Shown: in pieces, positions 37,200-51,378 of the stretch
How positions within the stretch are numbered: position 1 is the first letter of the stretch
Layout: every line of letters starts with the position of its first letter
Assembly: GCF_006345805.1 (NCBI RefSeq)
Contig: NC_043014.1
Location: 23,808,001-23,872,000 of the forward strand
Direction: 5' to 3'
DNA length: 64,000 bases
Source: Octopus sinensis
Taxonomy: Eukaryota
Notes under the pieces: generated by a model
Database searches by the model: none
Told to the model about the DNA's origin: nothing
Seen by the model: only the letters and a program-made list of their open reading frames with translations
Translations under genes and position numbers: made by a program

Positions 37200-37435
37200 A
37201 GCATCTGAACGTGGCCGATGCTAGTTCCACCTCACTGGCTCCCATGCTGGTGGCATGTAAATAGCACCCACTACACTCTTGGAGTGGTTGGCATTAGGAA
37301 GGGCATCCAGCTGTATAAACATTGCCAGATTAGATTGGAGCCTAGTGAGGCCTCTTGGCTTGCCAGTCCCCAGTCAGACCGTCCAACCCATTCCAGCATG
37401 GAAAACGGACATTAAATGATGTTGATGATGATGGT
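37200..37435 (+). mobile_element. RTE 3' UTR/SINE-like copy
   Basis: ggtggcatgtaaatagcacccactacac..ccaacccattccagcatggaaaacggacattaaatgatg. Confidence 0.8.
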
Positions 37436-37603
37436 GAAAGTGTGCCGCACTTATTCCTGGTTTGGCATTTGTGGTCTCGCTTATTTGCAGAGCTAATCAT
37501 TGTTTACAGAACTGTAAATATTATCTGCGATTTTTTGTTTTCCTCATGGCAATATAGGCAATATATACTTTTCCTCACTTTTTAAGGCTAATTTATTAAT
37601 AAC

Positions 37604-37826
37604 TAGCAGTATCACCCGGCGTTGCTCGGGTTTGTTTCGCCCCCTTAGAATTGGAATTTTTGAAAAGTAAAAATTTTGCATTATGTAGCTTGTTATTCTC
37701 TTTAAGTGAACATTTTCGAAAAATGGCGACACAGCAGTAAAAAAAATCGTAAAAAATCGGGATTTTCATAGAAAAAAAAGCACCTTTATGATGTAAATAA
37801 TTTTTGGTCTTAACATGGTCCAATTT
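37604..37826 (-). mobile_element. Non-autonomous Helitron 3' end
   Basis: Minus strand ends in hairpin CCCGAGCAACGCCGGG, spacer, CTAG followed by T. Confidence 0.75.
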
Positions 37827-38044
37827 GTTTGGGAGATCCAAGGAAACATGGTATGGAGTAGTAAAGGCTGACTTCATGACCCGAGCCTCGTGGAAGTTCT
37901 TGAAAAGACTACCCCTTCTCAGTGGAACTGAGTTCTGGAAGTGATATATATATATTATGTTCTCCATCCACATTACAGTGATTTAAATCCATACATTGAA
38001 CCAAATAACCTCCCATCATGCATAGTGTTCCCCACCTCTTGCAG

Positions 38045-38170
38045 ACTTACTTGTACTTGTGACGGTGTTCACCCAGGGCGGGTCGAGCCAGCTTCTCTGG
38101 TCCTGACAGCATCACAAACCATGGTGGCCCACATTTGACAGTCCTGTGCAAGCCTTTCACGGTTCTTGCA
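38045..38170 (-). mobile_element. 3' end of the GC-rich RTE family (as 3711-4815)
   Basis: LAQD..WATMVCDAVRTREAGSTRPG* plus caagtacaagtaagt tail. Confidence 0.85.
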
Positions 38171-38180
38171 GACTAATTAA

Positions 38181-38399
38181 CCCTTTAGTATTTAAACCGG
38201 CCATATCCGGCCAAAATATTTAATCTGTTTTATGTTCAAACTGACCAGATCCAGGCCCTCACACCTACCCTACAATGTTATTCTACATTAAGTAATTACA
38301 CCATCAAGATCTTGAAGATATGAGATAATGCATGATTAATTCAAATCAATGGGAATCAATAAGCATTATGTTTGATAGAATAATCTGAACACTAAAGGG
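38181..38399. mobile_element. piggyBac-type MITE (219 bp)
   Basis: TTAA|CCCTTTAGT ... ACTAAAGGG|TTAA. Confidence 0.85.
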
Positions 38400-39448
38400 T
38401 TAATCATGTCATCTTTCTCTCTCTCTCTCTCTCACATCCTCCTGTCAACTGTATCATGGTTATTTTGCTGTTTCTTGCCCCCCAACCTGCTCTCTTCTGC
38501 ATCCCTTGATCTTCCCCAATTCACAGCTCATTGATCATCCACCCTTCAACCCTTCCCAATTTTTACAGTTGCACTCTGCTTCTTCATCACCTACTTCCCA
38601 TACAAACTTGCAAACCAACCACCCATCAACCTCTACTCAGATCTCCCTTGAGTGTGGGGGCCACTCAGGCATCTCTTCACCACTAGCTCTTTGTAGTTCC
38701 TACTGATTGTTTCTTTTTCTTTCCCTCTCTTAATAAGTGTGAATAGCTATCAGATCCCCTACAAGAACCTGCTGACACCCACCCCCACCCTTCTTACACT
38801 TTAACCCCCTCATTCTCTAGTATAAAGCTGAACTCCACCTCCCATGGTGTTCGTAGCCCTACAAGCTACATGGCAAGCTCAGTGGTACTGTAGCATGAAA
38901 AAAGCACATTCAGTACACACTGAAATGTTTGGTGTTATCAAGGGAATCCAACAATAGAAATTATATCAAAGCAGACATTGGAGCATGATGCAGTCTTTAG
39001 ACCCATTGGAGCCTGTCAAACTACCCAGCCCCTGCCATAGATGTTAAATGATGATGATGTTATGTCAACTGTGTTGATTTATTACTCTGGGGGTGTCACC
39101 AGATCAGTATATGAACTAAATGAAATATTGTTTTCAAATTTTGGCATATTAGAACTGATTGAATTTGAATGTAAAGACATGAAATGCCACTTAGCATTTT
39201 ACCCAGCTTGCTAACAATTCTGCCAGCTCACTATCTTAGAACCGGTTAAAATATTTAAAGAGCTGCTATCTTGTTACATGCTCAATCACCCCAACTCCTA
39301 CACATTCTATTGTTTATATGACTTGTCAGACATATTCTCTCAATCTCTTGTGATTGTCAGTCTAACTGACAATTCTTTTGATGATTAACAAGTTATGATG
39401 ATATTTATTTTTCTTTCTCTTTGCAGTTGATTCACTTACTATTCAGTC

Positions 39449-39536
39449 ATGGTTTCACAGGAAATTCAAACCCTGTCAGATGAACAGTTAAGATCTACTC
39501 TTGTAGAGTACAATGTAACAGTGGGTCCCATTACAA
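39449..39536 (+). CDS. LEM-domain protein, first coding exon (MVSQEIQTLSDEQLRSTLVEYNVTVGPIT)
   Basis: LEM helix 1 and GPI motif; acceptor ttgcag at 39426, in-frame TGA upstream of the ATG, donor GTAAGT (phase 1). Confidence 0.9.
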
Positions 39537-40339
39537 GTAAGTCTTTTAGTTGTGTCCATATGTTTTGTCTGGCTTAGCCCTGAATGAGCAGAACTATTAT
39601 GAGAGCCATTCTGGCCATTACCTTCTTGTCTTTTGTTTCAGTTATATTAATCTGACATTTTAAATGTAAGTTATACCTATGATTTCAGTTAGCCTCACTA
39701 ATCCTTCAATGAATGCACTGTTATGCAAATTACACTGGCTACTTTAGCAAGATAAGTCCTGGTTTATATTCAGTATAACTATGTCATCTATCTGTTTGGT
39801 GGTACTTGTTCTCTGATGTATCTCCAAATAGAAATTAAACCAGTCAGGACAATCCTAAAATGTCTCTGATTATCCAGTTACCAAATCACACTACTGCATT
39901 ATTAATTCATTGTTCATCAATTATCTAATGCCTTTTTACTTTTAAGATGATATAGTGTGATATGAGTGGGATTCAGCTATTGAGCAACCATTTAGACCCT
40001 TTTTTGTTGGTGTGCATGCACATTTGTATATATGTATGAATATGAAAGTCACAAGAATTGTAATGATGTAGACTGGGAAGGATAATATATTTTTGTACAT
40101 TTGTAGGCCTGGGATTCTTGGTGTGCATATATTTATGTATACAGATGCATAGGTTATTTGCTATTGCTGCCTTTTTCACCATTCATCCTCCTCTCTTAAT
40201 AGGCCACATATTGTGTCCAGTACACTTTACCTTCATCATATCCTGTATTCCCAATCACTCTACCTACCATTATACTCTTGCATCTTTTCATCTGGTTAGA
40301 TTTCCAGGGAAGGAATTACTGGCTGATGTATCAAATAAG

Positions 40340-40409
<70 letters not shown>

Positions 40410-40419
40410 CAAGTTTGTT

Positions 40420-40790
40420 TGCTAGAATAAAAAGTGGCTGGAGAAAGTTGAGAAAACTATTACTCCTGTTGGTAACAAAAGGCCTTTCTCCCAGAGTGAA
40501 TGGCAGATTGTATGATGCCAGCATACGAACAGCAATGCTGTGTGGTTGAGAAACTTTGACAGTGAATGCAGAGGATGTGTAAAACTAGAAAGAAATGAAG
40601 CTAGCATGCTCTGCTGAATGATGATGTGGATAATGATACATGATCTGTGTACAGTTTCTGACTTGTAGAAAACCTTGTCATGAATATCATGTATTTGCAA
40701 GACACTCTTTTTAACTGCACAGTCATCTCTGTGCCTTTCATATAAGTAAGTGATATATGTGGAATCACCTTGAGAGACCATCAGAGGGTA
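40420..40790 (+). mobile_element. RTE LINE C-terminal fragment
   Basis: ARIKSGWRKLRKLL.LLVTKGLS.RVNGRLYDASIRTAML. Confidence 0.75.
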
Positions 40791-41899
40791 TTATCAGCCA
40801 GTGAATGAGCCCCTGTATGTTTCTTTGACTTGATAAAAATAAAGAGCAAATCACAATCTATTGTCTGAAGAAATATCTCTCTCAAATTCGTAAACATTCT
40901 CATCTTTTTTCTCATACTTGCCGTGATTTCTCCAGTGATAAAGTCTCTCTATTTCTTTCTGACTCACTAGTGTCTTTCTATCGTGGGTGCTATTTCCTGA
41001 GGTGGAGCTGACCTTTTAATTGACCGCTTCTGGCTGGAGATTATAAAAAGCTCTTCACACATGGTTTTTCAAATTTTGCATTACTTGCTCTGCTGCTGAC
41101 ACTATTATTCCATATGAAATGACCAGCTAAGCTAAAAAAATTTGTCTAATTTTACTCACTCATCATTCATTCATTCACCTAACTCGTAATACTAACAAGC
41201 TGTAATTTGATTTAAAATAACTTTCAAAACTCGTAATTCTTTAATTCATTAAATTTTTGCAATATTCTCTCTCTGTTTCATAACTGACATGTTTCTATAC
41301 TTTGCCAGGATTTCCCCAGTGATCTTTCCCTCTCTCTCTAAAATTTGTAAACATTCTCACTTTGTTTTATAACTTATGTCTTTCTCATACTTGCCATGAT
41401 TTCTCCAGCAATAAAGTCTTTCAAGTTCCTCTCTCTCTGCCTCACTAGTGTCTTTCCATCGTGACTGCTATTTCATGAGGTGAAGTTGGCCATTACTTGT
41501 CCGCAATGCACCCACTCATTCCTGCCCCCACCACCTATACTGGCAAACCCCTACATGGCTCTGCCTCATTTCTGTACCAGAAGACATGCATAGCTCCACC
41601 CCCCTCCAACAATCATCCACTCTACTGCATGCACCAAAAAAAAAGATGTGTTACTTAGTAAATTAACAAACCACCTACTCCTTTCTCTCTAATATAATGG
41701 ACTAACCAATAGCGGTTCACTTACTTAATTTAAACATTAACATATTTATGTTTGCAGCAATAACACTTATATTTACAATGCTTACATTACACTCTTTCCC
41801 AATTGGGGTAACAATTTTAACATGTTTGAATGATGGTAGGTTAGAGCAAGAACAGCTGATGTGACATGTCTGTTACCAAATGATCATTGAAACCTTCTT

Positions 41900-44800
41900 T
41901 TCAGGTACTGAATACCGTCTCTCCTTTCCATATTCTCTCCCACTTCCCTTTCCCAGTTTTCAGAGTTGGCACCGTCAATGTAGGCACAGTGAAAGGTAGG
42001 TCTAGCAAGATTGTTGAGATGCTTGAACAGAGGCATGTTAATGTACGTTGAATTCAAGAGGTAAGGTGGAGAGGAGCTTCAGCCAGGCTCCTCACTGGCA
42101 AAACACATAGGTATAAAATCTGGGAAGGTAACAGTGATGCGGTTGGTGGTGTGAGTATACTCCTTGCTGAGAAATGGGTGGATAAGGTCATATAGGCAGT
42201 CAAAGTGTGTGGTAGAGTACTTAAGCTCAGGCTAGTCTTGCAGTATAGTATAATGACAATTATCTCTGCCTAGACCATAACCAAGTGGGCCGACCAAATG
42301 ACCAAAAGGGACACTTTTATGATATTCTTATGCAGGCTACCTCAAAGATGAATGACAATGATATCTTGTTCATGGCTGGGGATGTCGGGCAGCAGCCTGG
42401 TATCTTCCATGGTATACACAGAGACCATGGAATTGGTTTCTAAAATGAAGAGGGGACAAGGCTACTAGAGTTCTGTGATGTGAATAACCTATTGATCTGA
42501 AACATCAACTTCAGGAAGCCACCTGATAACCTACCAATCAAGTGACTATGCTAGCCAGATCGATTACATTCTCACCAGACAGTGGGATGCATGGTTGCTC
42601 CTGAATACAAAGACCTTCCCTGATGAAGAATGTACTCTCCAACACAGACTAGTCATTAGTGACTTTAGAGTCCAGGCCAGAAAGATGTCAAGAAGCAGAC
42701 CAATCTGGAAAAAAATTTGGCAGCTTAAGGATCCTTCACATAGTCAGGGATTTAGGGACATCCTGATTGAGAAATTTGATGAGGAGCTACAGACTTGTAA
42801 AATAGAGGCCAACTAGGAATTCTTGTGGGGCAGTTTGCTCAGTGCCACAGACCAAGTCTGTGGCTAGTGCAAAGTCCCATCCAGACCTAGAGTGACGTGG
42901 TTGTGGAACGATGCTGTAGATAAGGCCATTAGAACAAAGAAACAGGTCTGGAAGAGTGGGGATAGCAGGGAACTGTATCAGATAGCCAGAAGGGAAGCTA
43001 GGAGACAAGTATATCTAGCCAAGGAAGAAACAGAAAAGAAGTTTGCCTATGTTCAGCAATGTGAGGACCAGAGACTTGAAGTGTTTCGGATTGCAAGATA
43101 GTGTGTGATAGAAAATTGTGATGTCATAGGAGAGAAATGTGCCTGCGTGGATGATGGCTCACTTGCATTTAATGATTCTGCAAAGAAAGAGACTTGGAAA
43201 TGCCATTCTGAAAGACTGCTGAATGTAGAGAATGAATGGGAGGAGGAGAGTCTGCCACATATTGGACCCCACTGAGGGACCAGCTATCTGAATTGAAAGT
43301 ACCTTGGTACATAATGCAATTAAGGATATGAAATCCCCTGACCCATCAGGAATCACTGCTGAGATACTTAAAATATTTGGCGGTATGGTTATGGTCTAGT
43401 CACCCGAATTGTAAATCAGGTGGTACATGAAGGAGTCATAGTAAAGGTGATGCCTTAGAAAATAATTACAGAGGTATCAAATCATTGGATCTGGTGATGA
43501 AAGTTACAGGGCGGGTCATCATAGCCCAACTAATTAGGGAGAGAATCTAGATGAGATGCAGTTTGGTTTTGTGCCAGGGAGAAGCACCACTGATGCTATA
43601 TTTCTGGTAAGGCAGCTGCAAGAAAATTACATAGCCAAAGATAAACCTCTGTACTTGGCTTTTGTTGACTTGGAGAAGGCCTTTGACAGGGTCCCCCAAT
43701 TCCTTATCTGGTGGTTAATGTGGGGATAGACAAGTGGTTGGTTAGAGCTGTACAAGCCATGTGCTGTCACTAAGGTGAACGAAGAATTCAGAGTACAAGT
43801 AGGGGTTCACCAAGGATTAGTCCTCACCCCCACACCCTCTTGTTCATCGTAATCCTCCAGGCAATAAAAGAGGTATTGAAGACAGACTGCTTCTGCAAGC
43901 TTCTTTATGCTGATGACCTTGTTCTTATAGCTGAATCACTACAAGAACTAGAGAAGTTTCAGGTATGGAAGCAAGGTCTAGAATTGAAGGGCCTTAGAAC
44001 TAACCAAGTAAAAATCAAAGTCTTAGTAAGTAGGAAGGCAGACAAATCACAAATCCCTTCAGGTAGATGGTCCTGCTTGATCTATAGAAAAGGCATAGGT
44101 AGAAATTCAATAAGAGGTGCAGCAATATCAGAGGAAGGTTAGCAGAGAAAATAGCTTTAGTGTGTGGAAGATACACAGGTACAATAAACACCGAGAATGT
44201 ACAAAAAATAGACTCCATCAACTGCTAGGGGTGGGGGTGAGTTAGAGGTAGTAGAAGCTTTCGTTATCTAGGTGACCAAGTTAGTAGTGGAGGTAGATCC
44301 TCTGAGACTGTAGCTGTGAGAATAAGAAGAAGCTTGGCAAAGTTCAGAGAGCTCCTACCTCTGCTGGCAACAAAGGGTCTCTCCCTCAGAGTGAAAGGCA
44401 GAATGATGCCTGTATCTGAACAGCTATGCTACATGGCAGTGAAACATAGGCTGTGACAGCTGGGGACACATGTAAGCTTGAAAGAAATTAAGCCAGTATG
44501 TTTCGCCGGATGTGCAATGTCAGTGTGCTTGTACGACAGTTTAAGCATCTTGAGAGAAAAGTTGGGCATATGAGGCATCAGATGTGGTGTGCAAGAGAGA
44601 TGACTGTGCTGGTATGGTCATGTGATATGTATGGACAAGGGCAGCTTTGTAAAGAAGTGCCACTCTCTAACTGTGGAGGGAACCTGTGGCTGAGGTAGAC
44701 CCAGGAAGACATAGGACGAGGTGGTGAAGCATGATCTTCAAACTTTGGGCCTCATGGCAGTAATGACCAGTGACTGAGACCTTTGGCAGTATGCTGTGCT

Positions 44801-45235
44801 TGAGAGGACCCGTCAAGCCAAGTGAAATTGTAGTCATAGCCGATGTTGGTGTCACATAACTGGCACCTGTGCCAGTAGCACACAAAAAGCACCTTTGAAG
44901 CATTGGATCTCATAGAGGCAAGGTGGCTGATGCCGGTGGCACATGAAAAGCACCTTTTGAGTGTTGCACTTCACAGAGGCAATGACAAATGACCGATCCC
45001 TTTGGCATTATGCTGTGCTTGAGAAGACCCATCAAGCCAAGTAAAATCGCAGTCATAGCAGATACTGGTGTCACGCAAATGGCACCTGTGCCTGAAGCAC
45101 ATAAAAACACCCATTACACTCTCAATGTGGTTGGTGTTAGGAAGGGAATCTAGCCATAGAAATCCTGCTAAATCAAACTGGAGCCTGGTGCAGCATGGAC
45201 AACAGACATTAAATAATAATAATGATGATGATGAA
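41900..45235 (+). mobile_element. Near full-length degraded RTE LINE (APE + RT) in the intron that splits the LEM domain
   Basis: TVNVGT.KGRS (APE start), IDYIL, QFGF, HQG, YADD; duplicated ORF-end/3' UTR block; (GAT)n tail. Confidence 0.92.
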
Positions 45236-45398
45236 TGATGTCCTATTTTTCTTGCACATCAGAAAAGGCCAAGTTGGTCACAGCTGGAATGCCTTTGATT
45301 ATATAGGCCTGTTCACCTCTAGTAGAGATTATGAGGCATTATCATGTATTGTATGTATTTCCTGTTTAAGTAAAAAAAATTTATGTGCTATTTTTCAG

Positions 45399-45473
45399 AA
45401 ACCACTCGGAAACTGTATGAAAGAAAGCTAGCTCGGTTATGGAAACAATTACCGGCTATAAAATTATCTTCTG
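45399..45473 (+). CDS. LEM-domain protein exon (K-TTRKLYERKLARLWKQLPAIKLSS)
   Basis: LEM helix 2 TTRKLYE.KL; tttttcag acceptor, G|gtaatt donor; phase 1-1, in frame with the previous exon. Confidence 0.92.
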
Positions 45474-46322
45474 GTAATTAATCTTTGTTTTCTCTCTCAA
45501 CTGTGATTTGATGTAGTAGATTTGGCTGCTATTTGTAGCATGTTGAGTGACTACATAGAAATTCTTTCATTGTTTTGAATGACTAGAGCAATGGAGAATT
45601 GGACATATTTGTCTAAATGCATATAAGTGTTAGAATAAAGAATCCCCTTTGAATTTGAGAGTTAGTTAACTTATACTATTCTGAAATCACTGACAGCCCC
45701 CACCCTACCCAATTTTTCTAAATCTGAAACAGGTAAATGAAGCTGCCATACAGCATGGTGCCATTTTATGATTGCTTAACCTGTTAAGATTAGTGACCAA
45801 ATTTCCATCAACCTATTCTGTCTGTAAAGAAGGGAGTGTTATATTAGATAACATAAGTGGGGAAGGTGGAGGGAGAATTGTCATAGCTGGAACATCTTTA
45901 ATAATAGGTCTGCTTATTGCAGTCTAACAATCTTTCTGTGATACCCATCAGTTTCACTATTTTTGCTCATATTTTCTATCATTGGTTCCTTGGACTGTCA
46001 ACACATCTTTTCTCTGCATCAGATGTCTGTACCAGTATTGTCACATCTCTAGTATACATCTACTGATATTTATATTGTGCAACTACTGTTTAAGCTGATT
46101 TGAAATCTGCTCTTCAAGATGGTTAGCTTTATACATCCAACATATAAATCTCAGCTTATTTCTTCCCAATCTCTGCATATTTTGACAGTAACCCTACCTC
46201 ATTATGATGTAGCACCACTTTTCTTATACATGCTTCATACTGCTCTGTGCATATGAGTTGTTTGTATTGTCATCACCAGAGGTGGTTACGATAAAGATCT
46301 ATGAATTTTCTTCTATAGGCAC

Positions 46323-46679
46323 AGGTGTGGCCATGTGGTAAGTAGCTTGCTTACCAACTACATAGTTCTGGGTTCAGTCCCACTGTGTGGCACCTTGGGC
46401 AAGTGTCTTCTACTATAGCCTCGGGCCAACCAAAGCCTTGTGAGTGGATTTGGTAGACGAAAACTGAAAGATGCCTGCCGTATGTATGTGTGTCTGTGTT
46501 TGTCCCCTCAACATTGCTTGATAACCGATGCTGCTGTGTTTTCATCCCTGTAACTTAGCGGTTCGATAAAACAGACAAATAGAATAAATACTAGGCTTAC
46601 AATGAAGAAATCCTGGGGTTGATTTGCTTGACTAAAGGCCGTACTCAGCAGTCAAATGACTGAAACAAGTAAAAGAATA
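46323..46679 (+). mobile_element. tRNA-derived SINE (same family as 9076)
   Basis: gtggtaagtagcttgctt..ggttcagtcccactg..gtcaaatgactgaaacaag. Confidence 0.85.
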
Positions 46680-48462
46680 AAATATGCTAGCTTTCATTCT
46701 CTCATTTCATCTAATCTCAGCATTAATTACAGAATTTTCAATTATATCTACTGAACTAAGAAGCTGATGTATTGGTTTGGAACAAAAGTGTATACTGTTT
46801 TTTAAGTAAAGTTCAAGAACAACATTTAGACATTTGTATGTAGCTTTATTCAACTATAGATTTCCCATTTTGTTCCACTACCTGTCACTGTCTTTGAGGC
46901 TGCTTCATGATCCCATCCTTCCAGAAGTTGGCATCTTGGTCATGAACTAGCCTAAGTGGTTTTTACAGTCTTCTGAAGAATTGAAGTTCTTCTCATTAGA
47001 GAGTTTTGTACAGATTGAAATAAATGATAGTCTGAAGGTGCAAGATTAGGTATGATGGGTGTGGTAGGACATTCCAGCCAAGCTGTACTGATTTCTGTCA
47101 GATCTGCAAAGGAACAGGACTAGCATTGACCTGAAGGATAGTGACACCCTTTGATTGACCAATTCTGGATTATTTTTATTAGGTTGCCTCCTTTAAGCAG
47201 TTTTTTTTTAATTATGAGACAACTAAACCTTTTAGTGATTCATGTATCCACATGTTTTTAAATACCTTATAACACTCATATGAGATGTGTGGAGGATCTC
47301 AGTGATGTGTCATGTGGCCCGGATTATTTTCAATTAGCATTTCAATCTGGACATTATTAATGGCTGTAGGCCTGCCAGAATATTCATTTTTTCAAAATTA
47401 AAATTTATTCTCCTTAACCTAGCAAACCACTTGGTCTTCTCAGTTATTGCACCATCTCCATAAGCTGCACATACCTTGTTAGCACAACATTTTTTTCTTT
47501 CCAGAAATAAGAGCTTCAGATGATGAAATTGTGTCTCATTTCCTCCTATTTTAACTTAAAACAGTAAAAATAAACTATCTACACAATAATATAGAAAGAT
47601 GTGTTGAAATACCCCCTTTCAGAAAATATGTCATATGCTTCTGTCACCTGAGAAATGTAAATGCGTTTCAATGCCACCAATTGAAAAACAGTACAGACTT
47701 TTGATCCAGCACAATATATTATTTTATGGGTGTCTATTCTGCTTATTATTTTTGTGGAATTTTAGTTTCTTGTTAGAGATTCCCTTTGACTTTTGTGTGT
47801 TCATTGTTTACGCACAACTTTTCTCTATAAAATAATATATAATGCATTGGGATTTTGTACTTTGGATCCTTGGCTCTTTCAATCTAAATGTAATTATCTT
47901 TCCAGAAATAAGAGTTTCAAATGATGAAATTGATAATTACGCCAAAATTGCAAGCATTACAGTGATGGCAAAATTTCAGCATGCCAAATATGCAATATAA
48001 GTTAGATTTAAGTTTGAGATGGTTTAACATTTTACCTTTTTACTACCTAAGACCACCTCTGGTTCTATGATACAAACCACTTTATGTGGATCTAAACTAA
48101 AATCTTCCATCAAATTTGTTATTTTCAAAACTAATTGAAACAGGATGGTGTATTTCAACAGAAATATGATTACAAAATGGTTAATGCAATTTTTGGGTCG
48201 GCACAATATCATAGCTTTTGAACTGACTTTTCCATGCCTTATTTGATGACAGCAAATTTTTCACTTTTAGCTGAGCAAGTCATTAAGTTAGAGAACATAT
48301 TATTTTGTAAAACCCAACATTTGAAAAATATGCTACAAATTTATTGTTCCATATTTCTATATTATATTGATGATGGTTAATTTTTATTTTATTATAGAAA
48401 ACATTGGATACCTTGATTAGAATTTGGTTTTACTGAAAAGACATTGCTTTTTTTTTTTTTAG

Positions 48463-48508
48463 ATGAAAAGGATGATGAGGAAGAGGAAGAGGAAGAAGAG
48501 ATAAAACA
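48463..48508 (+). CDS. LEM-domain protein acidic micro-exon (DEKDDEEEEEEEEIK)
   Basis: Poly-T acceptor, phase 1 in / phase 2 out, open frame; weak donor gtaaca. Confidence 0.75.
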
Positions 48509-48856
48509 GTAACAATTTTTTATTGGCTTTCTTTTCAAAGACTTGTAATGTTCTGTTTTTCATTCATGTTTACAAGTTTGTCATATGATTTCAGATAGGA
48601 TACATTGCAATGGTTTTTCAATGATTTCTACAGGTAGGCATGAAAACTAAGAATTTTGAAAAAGAAGGAAATTAGAAGTGTGTTATTCATGACCTTTTCA
48701 TATGCATCTGATAAATATAAGTTTAGTGAAATGATATAACTGAGAACCTAAACTCAGTAGCAGACTCATTGCTGGTGCTTGATCCTCTGTTTTTTTCTTT
48801 TTATTTATCCCTTTTATTCATGTTGATGATGATTTTTGTTTTCCTAATTTCTAAAG

Positions 48857-49620
48857 ATCATCATCATTGTTTAATGTCCATCTTCGATGATGGTTCACAG
48901 GAGCTGGCCAGGTCGAAAAATTACCCTATACTACTGTGTCTATTTTGGCAGGATTTTTACGACTGGATGCCCTTCCTAACACTAACCACTCTGCAGAGTG
49001 GACTCTGTGCTTTTTACGTGGCACTAGCACAGGTGAAGTTAGTTTTGGCAAGATTTTTACAGCTGGATGCCCTTCCAAATGCCAACCACTTTACAGTGTG
49101 GACTGGATACATTGTACATGGAACCAGCACTGGCAGGGTCACCAAGTAACTCGCAAGACAAGGAATTATGAGGGGGGCAGGTGCATTTGAGGAGGGGAAC
49201 TCATGTCATAGTTAGATGATGACAAAGAGACAGAAGCAGAAACAGGTGTCTTGCTATAATGGAGAGGGCATTGGGGGAGGTGATCCAGTATCAGCTGATG
49301 AAAGGTTAGAGAGTGACAGAAATAAGTGTCTTGCTATAGAGGAAGTACATGGTTACCCAGTAAGAAAGAGAGAGAGAGAGAGAGAGCAACCAAGAATGAG
49401 GGCAGAAATAGGTGTGCTGCTCTAGAGGAGATACATGACTACCCAGCCAGGGGAAAGAGAGAGAGAGAGAGAGTAGGAAACAGCAAAAGTATAAGAGAGA
49501 GTAGGAAACAGCAAAAGTGTAAGAGAGAGAGAGATGGTGAAGTGCCACTCACTAGTAACAAGGATCAGAGCATAAATGTGATGGTGGAGTAAAGAAAAGA
49601 GAGATAGAAAGGTTGTAATA
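48857..49620 (-). mobile_element. Composite repeat with RTE-type tail and purine-rich sub-repeats
   Basis: Related to 10141-10620; repeated gtgtcttgctatagaggaag.acatg..taccca units. Confidence 0.55.
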
Positions 49621-51378
49621 TACACAGTCATGTGTTGCCAAGAAGGTACAAGTAGGGAGTGGGAATTGCAGTGACTGGCGCAAACCTGGGTAGAGGGCAG
49701 TAGTTTCGCTTTATGCTGTATTGAATGCTACATACCCTTCATAGCAGGAGCTCCCCAATATCTACATGCCTGGGGTAATTTCCCCCTCTGCACCCATATA
49801 AAGCTGGTTCTGAATAGAATGACAAACTATGCCATAGGGTCTTTGTTTTTAAGTGGTAAACTTAATCAGTTTCCTGGTTTAATGCTGTCCACCCACTTGG
49901 ATGGTAGACTGAGTCCACCACCCAGCCAGTTCAAATCACTACTTGACCTGTGTGCCCTTTTAGCAGAGTTCACTCTGTTATAAATATTCAGGCTAGGTTT
50001 TTGATCTAAAATTAACATCCTTCTGCCAATCTTGAAAGTTTTTAAAAAAAGGTCATGAACAATGATCTACCTCTCCTGAGGTACACTTTGTGTGTGAGTT
50101 TATTGCATATGGTAGAATTGTAAGCTTTTAAATATCATCTTATATATTAGTGAAGGCTTTCATTGAATGAAAAGAAAGAAATATAGGTAGAAATAAGTGT
50201 ACATAGAAGTTGTTGTTGTTGAAGATTTTTGACAGACCAAGGAAGACTACAAACTAATGTGATTTGACCTTTTTGATACCAACCAGCCTGGAACCACACT
50301 CAATTCTGTGATACAAACACTGTATTAAAGTGATCTTAATTATAACCTTGCATCAACATTTCATGCTAATTCATATTCGAAATACCTACTTAATTTTCAT
50401 TAATTCTTTATTTTCAAAATTAATTGAAACAAAAAACTTTCTACAAAAATGTGGTAACAAAAGGGTTAGCTTTATGATAAAGTCTTCAGCAAATAATTTC
50501 ACTACTTTGTATTTCAGTTTTCCTATAGCTAACTATATTGGATTTAACAAATTTAGGTCAAGGAGAGAAGTGATGATGATATTTCATTATACTTCTCAGT
50601 TAATGGAGGAAAGAAAGAAAAATACTTGACAGAAAATAACTTGCTTTATTTGCTTTATTAATTACTCCATTTTTATTGTTTGAGTGCAATATGATTATTT
50701 GATTCTTCATGGCACCCTGGGTCAACCAAAGAGTAGGTTTTGTAGGCAGAAACTGAATGAAACTGTGTGTGTATGTGTGTTTTATTGCCTCCTTAACTTG
50801 ACTTCATGTTATAACTGAAAATGAAGGACACCACTTGCATGACAGTGATAATAATTTACAATCTTCTGTGAACATGTTTGATCATGGGGAATATTACCTT
50901 GCTTAAAAAACAGGTGGGGGTTTATAACAGGAAGGGCATCTAGCTGTAGGAAATCTCTCAACAAATTCTGTCCAACCTATGGAAAAGTGGAAGCTAAACG
51001 ATAATGAACAATAGCATTGTTGCTTGGCAGTTTCCAACAAATCACTAGTTCAATGCATTTATGATGGGAAAAGTAACAATGAATTGTTAGTGCAACTCAA
51101 GTGAAACAAATACCATAAGAGATATTTGATAACTCTGTTTTATTAATTTTCTTGCTGATGCTTAATTCTTTCACTGAAAGATTATGCACATGAAAGGCTA
51201 TTACCAAATTCCATTCAAAAGCATTGGTCAGCTGAAGGCCATTGTAAAAGACAACTTGACCAATATGCTGCACAATGAATTCTAGCCATATAGTTGCAAA
51301 TTAAACTTCCTTAATCATGCAGCCATACCTGTATCCATATCCGCATACCTTTTTGAAGCAAGTGATTTTACAGTTGGG

